DNA of 63,772 bases, the filler included, from Reclinomonas americana ATCC 50394 (lineage: Eukaryota): the NCBI GenBank assembly GCA_048213135.1. It is 5 parts of 3 records of this genome, joined end to end, with 100 filler letters (N's around TTAATTAATTAA, not from the genome) between each part and the next. Parts side by side here need not be neighbours in the genome. Positions count along the whole stretch, not along the records: positions 30,228 to 49,971 come from PS015116.1; positions 50,072 to 58,980 come from PS015117.1; 3 more parts are not named here. One strand, 5' to 3'. The notes under the pieces are model-generated. The model searched no databases. It saw only the letters and a program-made list of their open reading frames with translations, and was not told where the DNA came from. Position numbers and translations under genes: made by a program. Every line of letters begins with the position of its first letter. Position 1 is the stretch's first letter. Shown piece by piece: positions 43,761 to 55,800 of this stretch.

Positions 43761-44487
43761 ATGCGGTCAATACTCGCCAGCTACGGTGCCGCTTTGCTGT
43801 TTGTCATAGCTTGCATCCCCGGCAGCTTCGTATGCACCCTGACAGCCATGCTGCTGGGCGTGTCGTCCGGAACTGTCGCACGCATCAGGTTCGATTCGAT
43901 GTGATCACTTGCTGTCGCCCACAGATGATGCACGTAGTGGCCAGGGTATGCACTCACTCACACAGGCTGACACACGAGAAAACACACGCCACCCACGTGC
44001 ACTGTATGTTCATTAATGCATTATTGATTGATTTCGAACACACTTCTCTCCTCGCAGTCTCCCTCTCGTGGTCGTCGGGTACGTCGCCTTCATCATCATC
44101 GATGCCACCATACGCCGCTGGGAGAACTTGGAGAGCATGCGCCCCGCTGAAAGTCGCGCGTACTTGGACTACAAGTCTCCGCTGTGGATTTCGCGACTCG
44201 TCAATTGGCTGGTGTTGTCGGCGTGTGGCGTTGCTGGCGCGTGGACAAGTCTCTTGCTTGGCTCACTGGGCATCGTCAACGAGGCCTTGGTGCTCAGCTG
44301 CGTGCTCTTTGCCACGGCAGTGCTGGTGCAAGTGCGCATGGAGACAGCAGGCATGTTGTACTTTTGGTTTTTCCTTGGCGCCAGTGCTGTCTTCGCGGTG
44401 TGGGGTGGGTCGAGGCTGTATGGCCATGATCCCTCGCCGTCTGCCGTACTCTCTCTCCCGCCTCTTCAAACGGCATCAGAGGAATGA
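43761..44487 (+). CDS. Small multi-pass membrane protein, copy 4 (2 exons)
   Basis: MRSILASYGAALLF...TVARIS|LPLVVVG...GAWTSL...AVWGGSRLYG; same intron position (acceptor 44057). Confidence 0.78.
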
Positions 44488-44623
44488 AGGCAGCTGTTGT
44501 GTGTTATTACTGTTACTGCGAAAGTCAACAAAAAACAAAGCAGGAGAAAGTGAGGAGACATGCAGTGAGTGGTCAAGAGGTAGAAAGAGAACACCAAGAA
44601 CAAAGCGAGGAGAGGAACATCAA

Positions 44624-45793
44624 TCACAAACGGTCGGCGAAGCGTCGATGCACAATCACCTCCGCATCCGCAACCAGGAAGCAGCGCCACACAATCTCCA
44701 CCAAGCAGCGTGGATCTTCCCCCGCCTCCTCCTCCTCCTCCTCCTCATCTCTCTTGGGTAACAGCTCCTGCACGACTCGCATGATCGAGCGCGCGCTGTG
44801 CAGTTCCAAGTGAGCGAGGCCACACGGCGTGGACCACACACGCACAATCTTGTCACTGTCGCCGCTGGCAATGCGCTGGCCGTCGGGAGCAACGGCGACG
44901 CAGTTCGCCCGTTGCGTGTGCCCTGTCAGCCGCTGCACTTCCTCGCCACTCGCCAGCTCCCACACACGCACCGTCTTGTCATCGCTGCCGCTGACTATGT
45001 GCCGACTGTCGGGAGTGACGACGACCGACAACACCTGTCCAGTGTGTCGCTCCAACCGTCGCACTAGTTCCCCACTCGCCAGCGACCACACGCGCACGGT
45101 CTTATCCCAACTCCCGCTCACCACGTGCTGGCCGTCGGGAGTGATGGCAACAGACGACACCACGCCAGTGTGTCCCTCCAACCGGCGCACTTCGTCGCCA
45201 GTCGCCAGAGACCACACGCGCACCGTCTTGTCATTAGCGCCACTCACCACGTGGAGACCATCCGAAGTGACGGCGACCGATGACACCACACCAGCGTGGC
45301 CTTCCATTCGCCGCACGAGCTCCCCCGTCGCCAGCGACCACACGCACACCGTGTGGTCCATGTTCGCACTCACAATGTGCAGGCCATCGGGCGTGGCTGC
45401 GACACACGACACCATAGGGGCGCATCCCTCCACACGTCGCACCTCCTCGCCCGTGGCCAACGACCACACTCGCATGTACTTGTCGTACCCGGAACTGACA
45501 ATGCGCTGCTGGCCAGCATCGCGATCATCGACAGTGACAATGACCGAGTTCACTGTGAGAGCGTGTGCCACCATGCGTCGCACCTCTTGCTCGCCAGACC
45601 ACACGCGCACAGTGGTGTCTTGACTGCCAGTGATGATGAACTCGGCGTCGGCCGAGAAGGCGACAGCGCGCACTGCTTCTGTGTGTCCGCGCACGGTGCC
45701 GTGGCGGAGAAATATAGGCGGGAAGGGAGGAGGGGGAGGAGGGGGAGAAAAAGGCCGCGAGCGGAAGGCAAAGGGGTGGGGGCGTGAGGACAT
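44624..45793 (-). CDS. Intronless WD40-repeat protein with conserved tail and Pro-rich N-terminus (cluster 2)
   Basis: ATG 45793 (MSSRPHPF...), seven WD repeats, tail LAHLELHSARSIMR...EDPRCLVEIVWRCFLVADAEV. Confidence 0.92.
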   Translation of the reverse strand: MSSRPHPFAFRSRPFSPPPPPPPFPPIFLRHGTVRGHTEAVRAVAFSADAEFIITGSQDTTVRVWSGEQEVRRMVAHALTVNSVIVTVDDRDAGQQRIVSSGYDKYMRVWSLATGEEVRRVEGCAPMVSCVAATPDGLHIVSANMDHTVCVWSLATGELVRRMEGHAGVVSSVAVTSDGLHVVSGANDKTVRVWSLATGDEVRRLEGHTGVVSSVAITPDGQHVVSGSWDKTVRVWSLASGELVRRLERHTGQVLSVVVTPDSRHIVSGSDDKTVRVWELASGEEVQRLTGHTQRANCVAVAPDGQRIASGDSDKIVRVWSTPCGLAHLELHSARSIMRVVQELLPKRDEEEEEEEAGEDPRCLVEIVWRCFLVADAEVIVHRRFADRL

Positions 45794-46211
45794 GGTGATG
45801 AGGCAAGGGGGGAAAAGTGCAAGGAAAGGTCGTGTTTCGTGAGAGAGAGAGAGAAGGGGCTCGTTGAAGACAAAGGTCTGCTTTGTGTGCGAGGGGACAA
45901 GAAAGAGCAACACGTGTACGCGTGCGTGTGTGCGTGTGTGGGAAGGGAGACAAGTTTTGTGTTCGGACGTCCTGTCGCGTTTCCGGAATGCTCCAGACGA
46001 TTCTAGAATTCTTATTCTTGGAGGGCCACACGCGCGTACGCATACCTCTAACCCTCGGCGACCACGAATGACATTGGAGAGCGCGGAGGCTTTCTCTTGT
46101 CAGTATGTGACTTCGACTTCGCGATCGAGAAATCGCAATGCAAGCTCCAACCCGTGCGTAGCTTCATGCGCAGGCCCTGCTGTACGCTGCTCCTATAAGC
46201 ACCACGAGTCT

Positions 46212-46460
46212 TGCACCAAATAAGGCACGGAGAACGCCAGGAAAGACCTGTCTTCGCGATCGAATTCGAATTCGTGAAGTGCAAACTCTTGCCTTTTGCA
46301 ACCCCAGGCAGCTCGACGAGTGGACTTTGCAGCATGCTTCTTGTAAGCACTACCACTCCTGCACCAAATAGAGGCACAGAGAACGCCAGGAAAGACCTGT
46401 CTTCGCGATCGAATTTGAATTCGAAAACTGCAAGCTCCAGCTCCTACGCATCACCAGGCA
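46212..46460. repeat. Direct duplication (~65-100 bp) between the WD40 gene and CSN2
   Basis: TGCACCAAATA.GGCAC.GAGAACGCCAGGAAAGACCTGTCTTCGCGATCGAATT.GAATTCG at ~46212 and ~46360. Confidence 0.8.
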
Positions 46461-46611
46461 GCTTAACGAGTGAGGCTTGCCGCACTGCCTGTCCTGCACC
46501 AAAAGGCACAGACAACACAAGAAAAACCCTTGCTCGAAGTCTGCTGTTGTCCCGTCGACAAGAGTGTGTCTGATTGAAGTAGAGCGCGCAGTGCGTGAGA
46601 AGAAGGCCACC

Positions 46612-47481
46612 ATGAGTGACTACGAAATGGACGATGATGAGGAGGTAACAGCACAACTTCTCGCGTGCAAGCGTGTGTGTGTGTGATTATAAAAAGCCTC
46701 TTTCTCACTTTTGTGTGTTTGTGTGTGCCTCTCTCTCTCTCTTGTTTAAAGTACGAGTTTGAGTACTCGAATGATGAGTCGAGCGAGATGTCGGAGGATG
46801 AGTTGCCGCTGGAGAACACGTATGAGGAGTCAAAAGGTAAGATATGATTGAGTGAGAAATGAGGTTGTCTTGTCACTCTCTTTCTCTCTCACGCGTATGT
46901 GCGCGCGTGTGTGCGCGCGTGTTGGTCATTGGACACGCACATATACACACGCGCTCGCTCATTGTGACACACGCATTCTCTGTGTGTGTGAGAGATGCAT
47001 TTACACTTTGACAGACACTTTCTCTCACACGCGCACTCTCTCTTACTCACTCTCTCTCTCTCTCTCTCGCACACACTTGCACTCTCATGCTCGCACACTC
47101 TGTTGAGATGCATTTACACATTGCAAATGTTGTCTCTCTCATTTACACATTCTTTCTCCTCTCTCTCTTATCTCACGCACACACTCTCGCTCTCTCTCTC
47201 ACACACACACTCTCTCTCACTCTCACTCTCTCCCTCATGTGCACATCTTTACGCAAGATTGAGGAAGAAATATGTGCGAGATTGACACTTACGCACACTC
47301 TCTGTCTCGCTCTCCCTTTCTCTTCCTCTCACACACAAAGAGTGAGACTCCGCGCGTAGGCGTCGCCTTAGACGACTTCAGACGCGCCTAATCGCTCATC
47401 TTACACTCTCTCTGCCTCACATGCATTCTCTCTTCCCCGTCAACCTGCGCTTGCTCACTTCTGCCCTTTTTCGCTTATTAC

Positions 47482-47513
<32 letters not shown>

Positions 47514-49446
47514 NNNNNNNNNNNNNNNNNNNNTTCTCCCCTCCTTCCCCATATCTCCCGCTTCTCCGTTCCTTTGCTGAACACTCCTTTGTGCAGGGGC
47601 TTCAAGGCGCGCAAGCAACGCGTGAAGCTGCTGTTCACCCTGGGCGAGTTCGCGGAGATGTTGCAAGAGTACCGCGAGCTGCTCAGCTACATGGAAGTGC
47701 GCACGCGCAACGAGTCGGAGAAGATTCTCAACAGCGTGCTGGTGAGCTCTTCCCTCCTGCTTCTCCAATCCCTCCACACCTTGTCGCTCACCCGCCGCCT
47801 CAGAACTTTGTCTCCGGCGGCAACCAACCCGACATTCTGCAAGACGTCTACGAGACCACGCTGACGGCCCTGAAGGAGCAACAAAACGACCGCCTTTGGT
47901 TCAACACCACCACGCAGCTCGGCAAGCTGTACTTTAATCGCCGCGAGTTTGGCAAGCTGCAAAAGGTGCTGAAGGAGCTGCACAAGTTTTGCGAGAACCC
48001 CGACGGCACGCTCAATGAGCGCAAGGACACGCAACTGCTCGAAATCTACGCCCTCGAAATCCAGCTGTACACCGAGCAGAAGAATCACAAGAGACTGATG
48101 GTGCGGCGGCGGCGGTGGCGGTGGCGTGCACTTCATGTTTGCAGCTAGACTAACTCTTTGTTTTTTTCGCGCAGAGCCTGTATCACAAGTCGCTGCAGGT
48201 GCGGTCGGCTATTCCACACCCGCGCATTCTCGGCGTCATTCGCGAGTGCGGCGGCAAGATGCACATGAGCGAGCGGCACTGGAAGGAGGCGTTTACGGAT
48301 TTCTTCGAGGCCTTCAAGGCGTACGACGAGGTTGGTGAACGAGAGTGGCGGCAACGTCGTGGCGGCAGGTGTGCACTCATTTGTCAATTTTCTTGATTTG
48401 CGCAGGCCGGTGATCCACGCCGCATCCAGTGCCTCAAATACCTCGTGCTCGCCTCGCTGCTCTCCTCCTCCGACATCAACCCGTTCGTCTCGCAAGAGGC
48501 GCAGCCGTACAAGAATGACCCGGAAATTGTGGCCATGACGGACTTGGTGCGCGCTTACGAGGACGACGATATTGTGGAGTTTGAGAAGATTCTGAAGGTG
48601 TGGGGAAGGGGAAAGAGAGGGAGGTTGTTGGGGAATAGAGGGGTTCAGGTGCCTTACTTTCGTTTCTCGCTCTGCTCCTTCTGCGCGCTCTCTTCTCTCG
48701 CTCTGCTTCCTCCGCGCGCTCTCTTCTCTCGCTGTGCTCTCTCCGCGCGCTCTCTTCTCTCGCTCTGCTCCCTCCGCGCGCTCTCTTCTCTTGCTCTGCT
48801 TCCTCCGCACGCTCTCTTCTCTCGCTCTCTTCTCTCGCTCTGCTCCCTCCGCGCGCTCCCTTCTCTCGCTCTGCTCCCTCCGCGCGCTCCCTTCTCTCGC
48901 TCTGCTCCCTCCGCACGCTCTCTTCTCTCGCTCTGCTCCTTCCGCGCGCTCCCTTCCCTCGCTCTGCTCCCTCCCTCCTTTTATTTTGCAATTCTCACCT
49001 TCCACGCTTCTCTACCCCCACAGAACAACCGCGAAACCATCATGGAAGACTCGTTCATCCGCGACTACATTGAGGACCTGCTGCGCAGCATTCGCACGCA
49101 GGTGCTGATCAAGCTCATTCGCCCCTACACCCGCATTCGCCTCTCGTTTGTGTCGGAGGAGTTGAATGTGCCGGAGCACGAGGTGGAGGAGCTGATGGTG
49201 TCGCTGGTGCTCGACAACGTGATTGATGGACACATTGACCAGGTGCGCGCGCGCGTGTCAGCAAAAGAAAAGCACCCGCATTTGTTGTCTCGCTCACTTT
49301 TCTCTTTCTGCCTTGATAAGGTGAACGGCCTGCTGATTCTCTCCGACAAGAGCGAGCACGCGCGCAAGTACCGTGCGCTGGAGACCTGGGCATCGCGGCT
49401 GCAGAGCATATCCAGTGGACTGGCCGACCGGTTGGTGGTCATGTGA
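46612..49446 (+). CDS. CSN2: COP9 signalosome subunit 2 (multi-exon)
   Basis: [116 protein letters not shown]. Confidence 0.96.
48660..48970. repeat. ~31-bp intronic minisatellite in CSN2
   Basis: CTCTGCTCCCTCCGCGCGCTCTCTTCTCTCG-like unit, about ten copies. Confidence 0.85.
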
Positions 49447-50089
49447 GCGGGTGCGGTGGGCATGGCCACGCAGGTGGACAGTACCAGAGAGTGAAGAAAT
49501 GGCAGAAGTGCTGCATGCTTTTGAAAGACCAACTGCACAGCTACAGTGTTGTGTAAGGTTGCACGACGTCGCCACGCGCGACGTCAAGAGCCACTCTCGC
49601 AAGAATCTACACGCACCCACACAAAGTACGACACCAGCCGCACACAACCAACCAACCAACAAACGTCGAAGCACGCACACCCACAATTCTCAACCGATTG
49701 GCGGGACGCGAAAGGGACATCGCGTTTGCGCCCAAAGCGAGAGAGAGATGAGCTCTCCTCCTGCGGGCAACGGGCGACACTCACCCGCTGCAGTCGCCGT
49801 GAGAGCAGCGCACGATGACTCTGCTCAACAACAACACCAACAACAACAACAACAACAGCACTTTGATGTTGTTGTGAGAGTTGAGTGAAAAGACGCACAC
49901 ACACACACACACACACACACATGCACACACACACATGCACACACACACACACACATGCACACAAAAGCACANNNNNNNNNNNNNNNNNNNNNNNNNNNNN
50001 NNNNNNNNNNNNNNNTTAATTAATTAANNNNNNNNNNNNNNNNNNNNNNNNNNNNNNNNNNNNNNNNNNNNAGAGAGAGGAGGGAGGAG

Positions 50090-50192
<103 letters not shown>

Positions 50193-50449
50193 GATGAAAG
50201 CTGTGGATTAGGTGACGAGAATGGAGAAGGATAAGGCGAAGGATAAGGTGCGTCAAGGTGAAGGATAAATCGCTTGAAGGCGATGGATAAAGCGACTTTT
50301 GCAGTCGACCTTGATGGGAGTGAGTGAGGAAGTGTGCATCAAAGCGAAGGATGCTCTCAATAACGATGCTTGCGAGAGAGTGAGAAACGGAGAGAACGTA
50401 TGCAATGACAAAGTCGCATTCTCACATGCAAGAGTGAGAGTTTGAGTGA

Positions 50450-50482
<33 letters not shown>

Positions 50483-50861
50483 TGAGTGAGTGCGTGAAAG
50501 AGAGTGAGTGAGCGAGAGTGTGTGTGACAGTGAGTGCATGTGATGAGTGGTCAGTGCAAGGCGAATGCGTTCTCTCCTTCAGCAGTGCACACACATGAGT
50601 GAGTGAGTGAGTGTGTGCGTGTGTGTGCGTGTGTGCGTGAGAGTGTGTGTGCATGAGAGAAAGAGAGAAAGAGAGAGAGAGAGTGAGAGTGAGTGAGAGA
50701 AACAGCACAAAAATGACAAGGCGTGCCTCTATCGAAAACGAAACACACACACACACACACTCTCTCTCACACACACACACACACGCACACACAAACATGC
50801 AACTGAGCGCGCGTGAAAGAGACAGAGAGGAACGCAACTCTTACCACCACATCAAAGTGCT

Positions 50862-52190
50862 GCAAATGTGGTGCATAAGCATCACTTCCACTCGAAGCAG
50901 CTGTTGTTGTTGATGTTGCAAGAGGAGCAGCAGTGGTGGCTGAGAGCACACTGTCGCCCTCATCGTCGACATCGTGTTGCATGATTCACAGAGAAACAAA
51001 GTGACACACAAAGTGCACTCTCTCACGCAAGCAGAGAAAGGAGAAGTAGTCTGTGTGTCTCTCTCTCTGTACTTGTGTGTGTGAGAGAAGTGCAAGTGCG
51101 TTCTCTGCCTCAAAGAACTGCGGAACTTTTTTCCCGCGCGCGTCGCCAACCTTACAGAAGAGTCCGTTTACACATTGCAAATGTGGTGCATATGCATCGC
51201 TTCCACTCGCACTTGCTGCTGTTGTAGTTGATGTTGCAAGAGGAGCAGCAGTGGTGGCTGAGGATGCGGAGAGCACACTGTCGCCCTCATCGTCGACATC
51301 GTGTTGCATGATTCTCACAAACAAAGTGACTCACACTCTCACGCAAGCAGAGAAGAACAGGAGAAGAAGCCTGTGTGTCTCTCTCTCTGTACTTGTGTAT
51401 GTAAGAGAAGTGCAAGTGCTTTCTTTTGCCTCAAAGAACTGCGGAACTTTTTTCCCGCCCACTTCCACCTTACAATAAAGTCCGTTTACACATTGCGAAA
51501 TAGGTGCATAAGCATCACTTCCACTTGAAGCTGTTGTTGTTGTTGTTGCAAGTGGAGCAGCAGTGGTGGCTGAGGAAGAGGAGAGCACACTGTCGCCCTC
51601 TTCGTCGACATCGCGATCGTGTTGCATGATTCACAACAAAACAAAGTGACTCACAAAGTGCACTCTCACACGCAAGCAGAGTAGAACAGGAGAAGTAGTC
51701 TGTGTGTCTCTCTCTTCTCAGTGAGCGAGGTGCAAGTGCGTTCTCTGCCTCAAAGAACTGCGGAACTTTTTTCCCGCGCGCGTCGCCAACCTTACAGAAG
51801 AGTCCGTTTACACATTGCAAATGCGGTGCATAAGCATCACTTCCACTTGAAGCAGCTGTTGTAGTTGTTGTTGCAAGAGGAGCAGCAGTGGTGGCTGAGG
51901 ATGAGGAGAGCACACTGTCGCCCTCATCGTCGCAGCGACATGTACTTCGCGATCGTGTTGCATGATTCACACAAACAAAGTGACACTCTCACACGCAAGC
52001 AGAGAAAGGAGAAGTAGTCTGTTTGTGTCTCTCTGTACTTGTGAGAGGTGCAAGTGCTTTCTTTGCCTCAAAGAACTGCGGAACTTTTTTCCCGCGCGCG
52101 CGCGTCGCCAACCTAACAGAAGAGTCCGTTTACACATTGCAAATGTGGTGCATAAGCATCACTTCCACTCGCCCTCGAAGCAGCTTTTGT
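50862..52190. repeat. ~310-325-bp tandem repeat, about four copies plus a partial
   Basis: The marker (CACAT)TGCAAATGTGGTGCATA recurs at ~50861, 51171, 51491, 51811 and 52133, together with AAAGAACTGCGGAACTTTTTTCCCGC. Confidence 0.92.
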
Positions 52191-52565
52191 TGTTGCGAGT
52201 GGATTCAAGCCCGAGCTCGCAGCGGCCTGTCGACATTTCCATTTTCGAGCTGCAAGATGTGCGTTTTGCGTTGGATCTGGCAATTCTAGAAAACAAAGCA
52301 AATTACTGCATGCGCTTCCCTCTTTGGTGGACGTTTCCTTGGTTTCTGTTGCAGTTGCCGAAACGCAATTTTCGACTTGATCTCGTACTTTTTCGCAATG
52401 TTTCAGTTACCAGCGCTAGCTCAAGAATATCATCATATGGCTGTCTCGCTGTTTGCATAAGAAAAGCTTGTTGTTGCCCCTGAGCAATGCGTTTCTGTGT
52501 GGGACAGAATGCAATCGATGTGCTCGCTTAGCATCTGTCCCACTCACAAACACATTCGCGGGGAA

Positions 52566-52825
52566 ATGCTCAATCTGAAGCGCTTCCAGTTCTTTGACAA
52601 GGACGTTGTGCGCGATGGAGTCTCCCGCTCCGGTCACGCGGAGATCGAGGTGAGCGGAAAGAGTGAGAGTGTGAGAGAAGAGTGTGACATGTCGCGTGTT
52701 TGTTTGTGTGTGAGAATGAGAGATAGAGTGAGTGGGCGAGAGAGTGGAGAGAAGAGGAGCAAGAGGGAGAGATGAGTGTGTGTGGGCATGTGAGAATGCA
52801 AGTTGCATCTCAGTTGCCCGCGTGT

Positions 52826-52875
<50 letters not shown>

Positions 52876-55800
52876 GCGGGAGTGAAGCGACTTGCATGCA
52901 CACACACGCAGACTCACACTCACACACACACACACTCACTCACTCACAGCGAGGAGAGAGCCTCGTTCCTCTGTGCATTCTCTCGCTTTGTGGCCTCTCT
53001 CTTTCTCTCTCTCATATACACACACACTCCCCTTCTTCATTCACCCTCACCCACCCTTCCCCTCCCCCTCCCACACAGGCCCTCNNNNNNNNNNNNNNNN
53101 NNNNNNNNNNNNNNNNNNNNNNNNNNNNNNNNNNNNNNNNNNNNNNNNNNNNNNNNNNNNNNNNNNNNNNNNNNNNNNNNNNNNNNNNNNNNNNNNNNNN
53201 NNNNNNNNNNNNNNNNNNNNNNNNNNNNNNNNNNNNNNNNNNNNNNNNNNNNNNNNNNNNNNNNNNNNNNNNNNNNNNNNNNNNNNNNNNNNNNNNNNNN
53301 NNNNNNNNNNNNNNNNNNNNNNNNNNNNNNNNNNNNNNNNNNNNNNNNNNNNNNNNNNNNNNNNNNNNNNNNNNNNNNNNNNNNNNNNNNNNNNNNNNNN
53401 NNNNNNNNNNNNNNNNNNNNNNNNNNNNNNNNNNNNNNNNNNNNNNNNNNNNNNNNNNNNNNNNNNNNNNNNNNNNNNNNNNNNNNNNNNNNNNNNNNNN
53501 NNNNNNNNNNNNNNNNNNNNNNNNNNNNNNNNNNNNNNNNNNNNNNNNNNNNNNNNNNNNNNNNNNNNNNNNNNNNNNNNNNNNNNNNNNNNNNNNNNNN
53601 NNNNNNNNNNNNNNNNNNNNNNNNNNNNNNNNNNNNNNNNNNNNNNNNNNNNNNNNNNNNNNNNNNNNNNNNNNNNNNNNNNNNNNNNNNNNNNNNNNNN
53701 NNNNNNNNNNNNNNNNNNNNNNNNNNNNNNNNNNNNNNNNNNNNNNNNNNNNNNNNNNNNNNNNNNNNNNNNNNNNNNNNNNNNNNNNNNNNNNNNNNNN
53801 NNNNNNNNNNNNNNNNNNNNNNNNNNNNNNNNNNNNNNNNNNNNNNNNNNNNNNNNNNNNNNNNNNNNNNNNNNNNNNNNNNNNNNNNNNNNNNNNNNNN
53901 NNNNNNNNNNNNNNNNNNNNNNNNNNNNNNNNNNNNNNNNNNNNNNNNNNNNNNNNNNNNNNNNNNNNNNNNNNNNNNNNNNNNNNNNNNNNNNNNNNNN
54001 NNNNNNNNNNNNNNNNNNNNNNNNNNNNNNNNNNNNNNNNNNNNNNNNNNNNNNNNNNNNNNNNNNNNNNNNNNNNNNNTTTGTCTGTCCATTTCGTATT
54101 CTTGCACGTCACTCCTGGATGTTTTAGAGCCCCCCTCTTGCGCTTCTTCTCCTCAATCTTCTTCTTCTTCTTCTTCTTCTTTTTCGTCTTCTTCTTCTTC
54201 TTTTATTCTTCTTGTTCTTCTTCTTGTTCTTCTTCTTCTTCTCCTCCTCCTTTTCCTCCTCCTTCTTGTTCTCGTTCTTCTTCTTATTCCTTTTCTTCCT
54301 CCATCTCCTTCTTCTTCTCTCTCTCTCTCTGTGCACACATTCGTTCACACACGTATAGTCATTTGTCTTGTTTCGTTTCAGACGCCCCCTCTATGTCTGT
54401 CTGTTTCGTATTCTTGCATGGCACTCCTGGATATCTTAGAGTTCCTCTCTTGCTCTTCTTCTCCTCAATCTTTTCTCTCTCTCTCTCTCTATGTATACAT
54501 TCACACACGTATAGTCATTTGTCTTGTTTCGTTTCAGATGCCCCTGTATGTCTGTCCATTTCGTATTCTTGCACGGCACTTCAGGGTGTTGCAGAGTCCC
54601 CTCTTGCGCTTCTTTCCTCCATCTTCTACTTCTCTCTCTCTCTCTCTTCCCTCTCCTTCACCTTCACCTTCTCCTTCTCTCTTTCTCACCACCCCCCTCC
54701 TTCCCCTCCCTTCAGGTCAAGGTCATCCGCCCACCACCCCCCGCCAGCAGCGCGGGTGGTGCCGCCGCCGCCGCCGCCGGTGGCACCGACATCCCCTCCA
54801 TCACCAATCTGCGGGTGATCACCCTGGAGGACCGCACCTACTACCTCTTTGTGGCCACCACGGCGCAAGTGCTCGGCTTCCGCATTCTGCCGCAAGACGA
54901 GCGCATGGAGGTGCTGCAGTCGGACGGCGGCTGCAAGGTCGGCAACATGGACAAGACGGAAGTGGGGCATGTGGTGGTGGCGCGACAGGAGGTGCTGTGT
55001 ATGGAGAAGGGAGAGAAGATAGATTCTGTTGGTTGCTGACGATTCCCGCACATGTACAGGCTGTGTATTTCTACTCGGTGGAGGGACGTGGACCGTGCTA
55101 CGGATTCGAGGGATTCAAGTACATGATCCGATGGTTTGTCGGTCAGCTCGCTCCTCTTCTCTCGACATTCGCCTGACATTGTTGTTCGCAGGTGCCGAGG
55201 CTACCTTGTCACTGTCAGTACGGATCCGAGTGACCCAGTTGCGTACTCATTCATCCCATTCCCTTCCAACCACCTTCTCACCTTTCCGTCCTCCACAGGA
55301 CTCGTCGCTGCTCAACGTGTACGACCTGCCGAATCGCATGATCGCCTTCTCGCTCAGCGTGCAGCGGGTGCACGAGATCGTCTCCGAGTACGGCCACGTG
55401 TACGTGCTGGTCAGCGAGTCACTGGGCGACACGCGACGTGTGCAAAAGGTCGGTCATCTGTGTCCTCCCTTCCTTTGATAGATCGCTCACCTCCGCGCCC
55501 GCACAGCTGTACCAATTGCGCGAAAAGGACACGCAAAAGAAGCTGGAGATTCTCTTCCGCAAGAACTTGTACCACTCGGCCATTAGCCTGGCGCGCAGCC
55601 AGGTTCGTGGCATCTCCCCTTTACCATCCCTTCTACCCCCTCCCTCACCTCCACCGCAGGGCTTTGACGAGGAGTACATTGTCAACATTTTCCGCGTGTA
55701 CGGCGACCGACTGTACAGCAAGGGCGACTACGAGGCGGCCATGGATCAGTACCTGAAGACGATTGGCTATTTGGAGCCCTCCTACGTCATTCGCAAGTTC

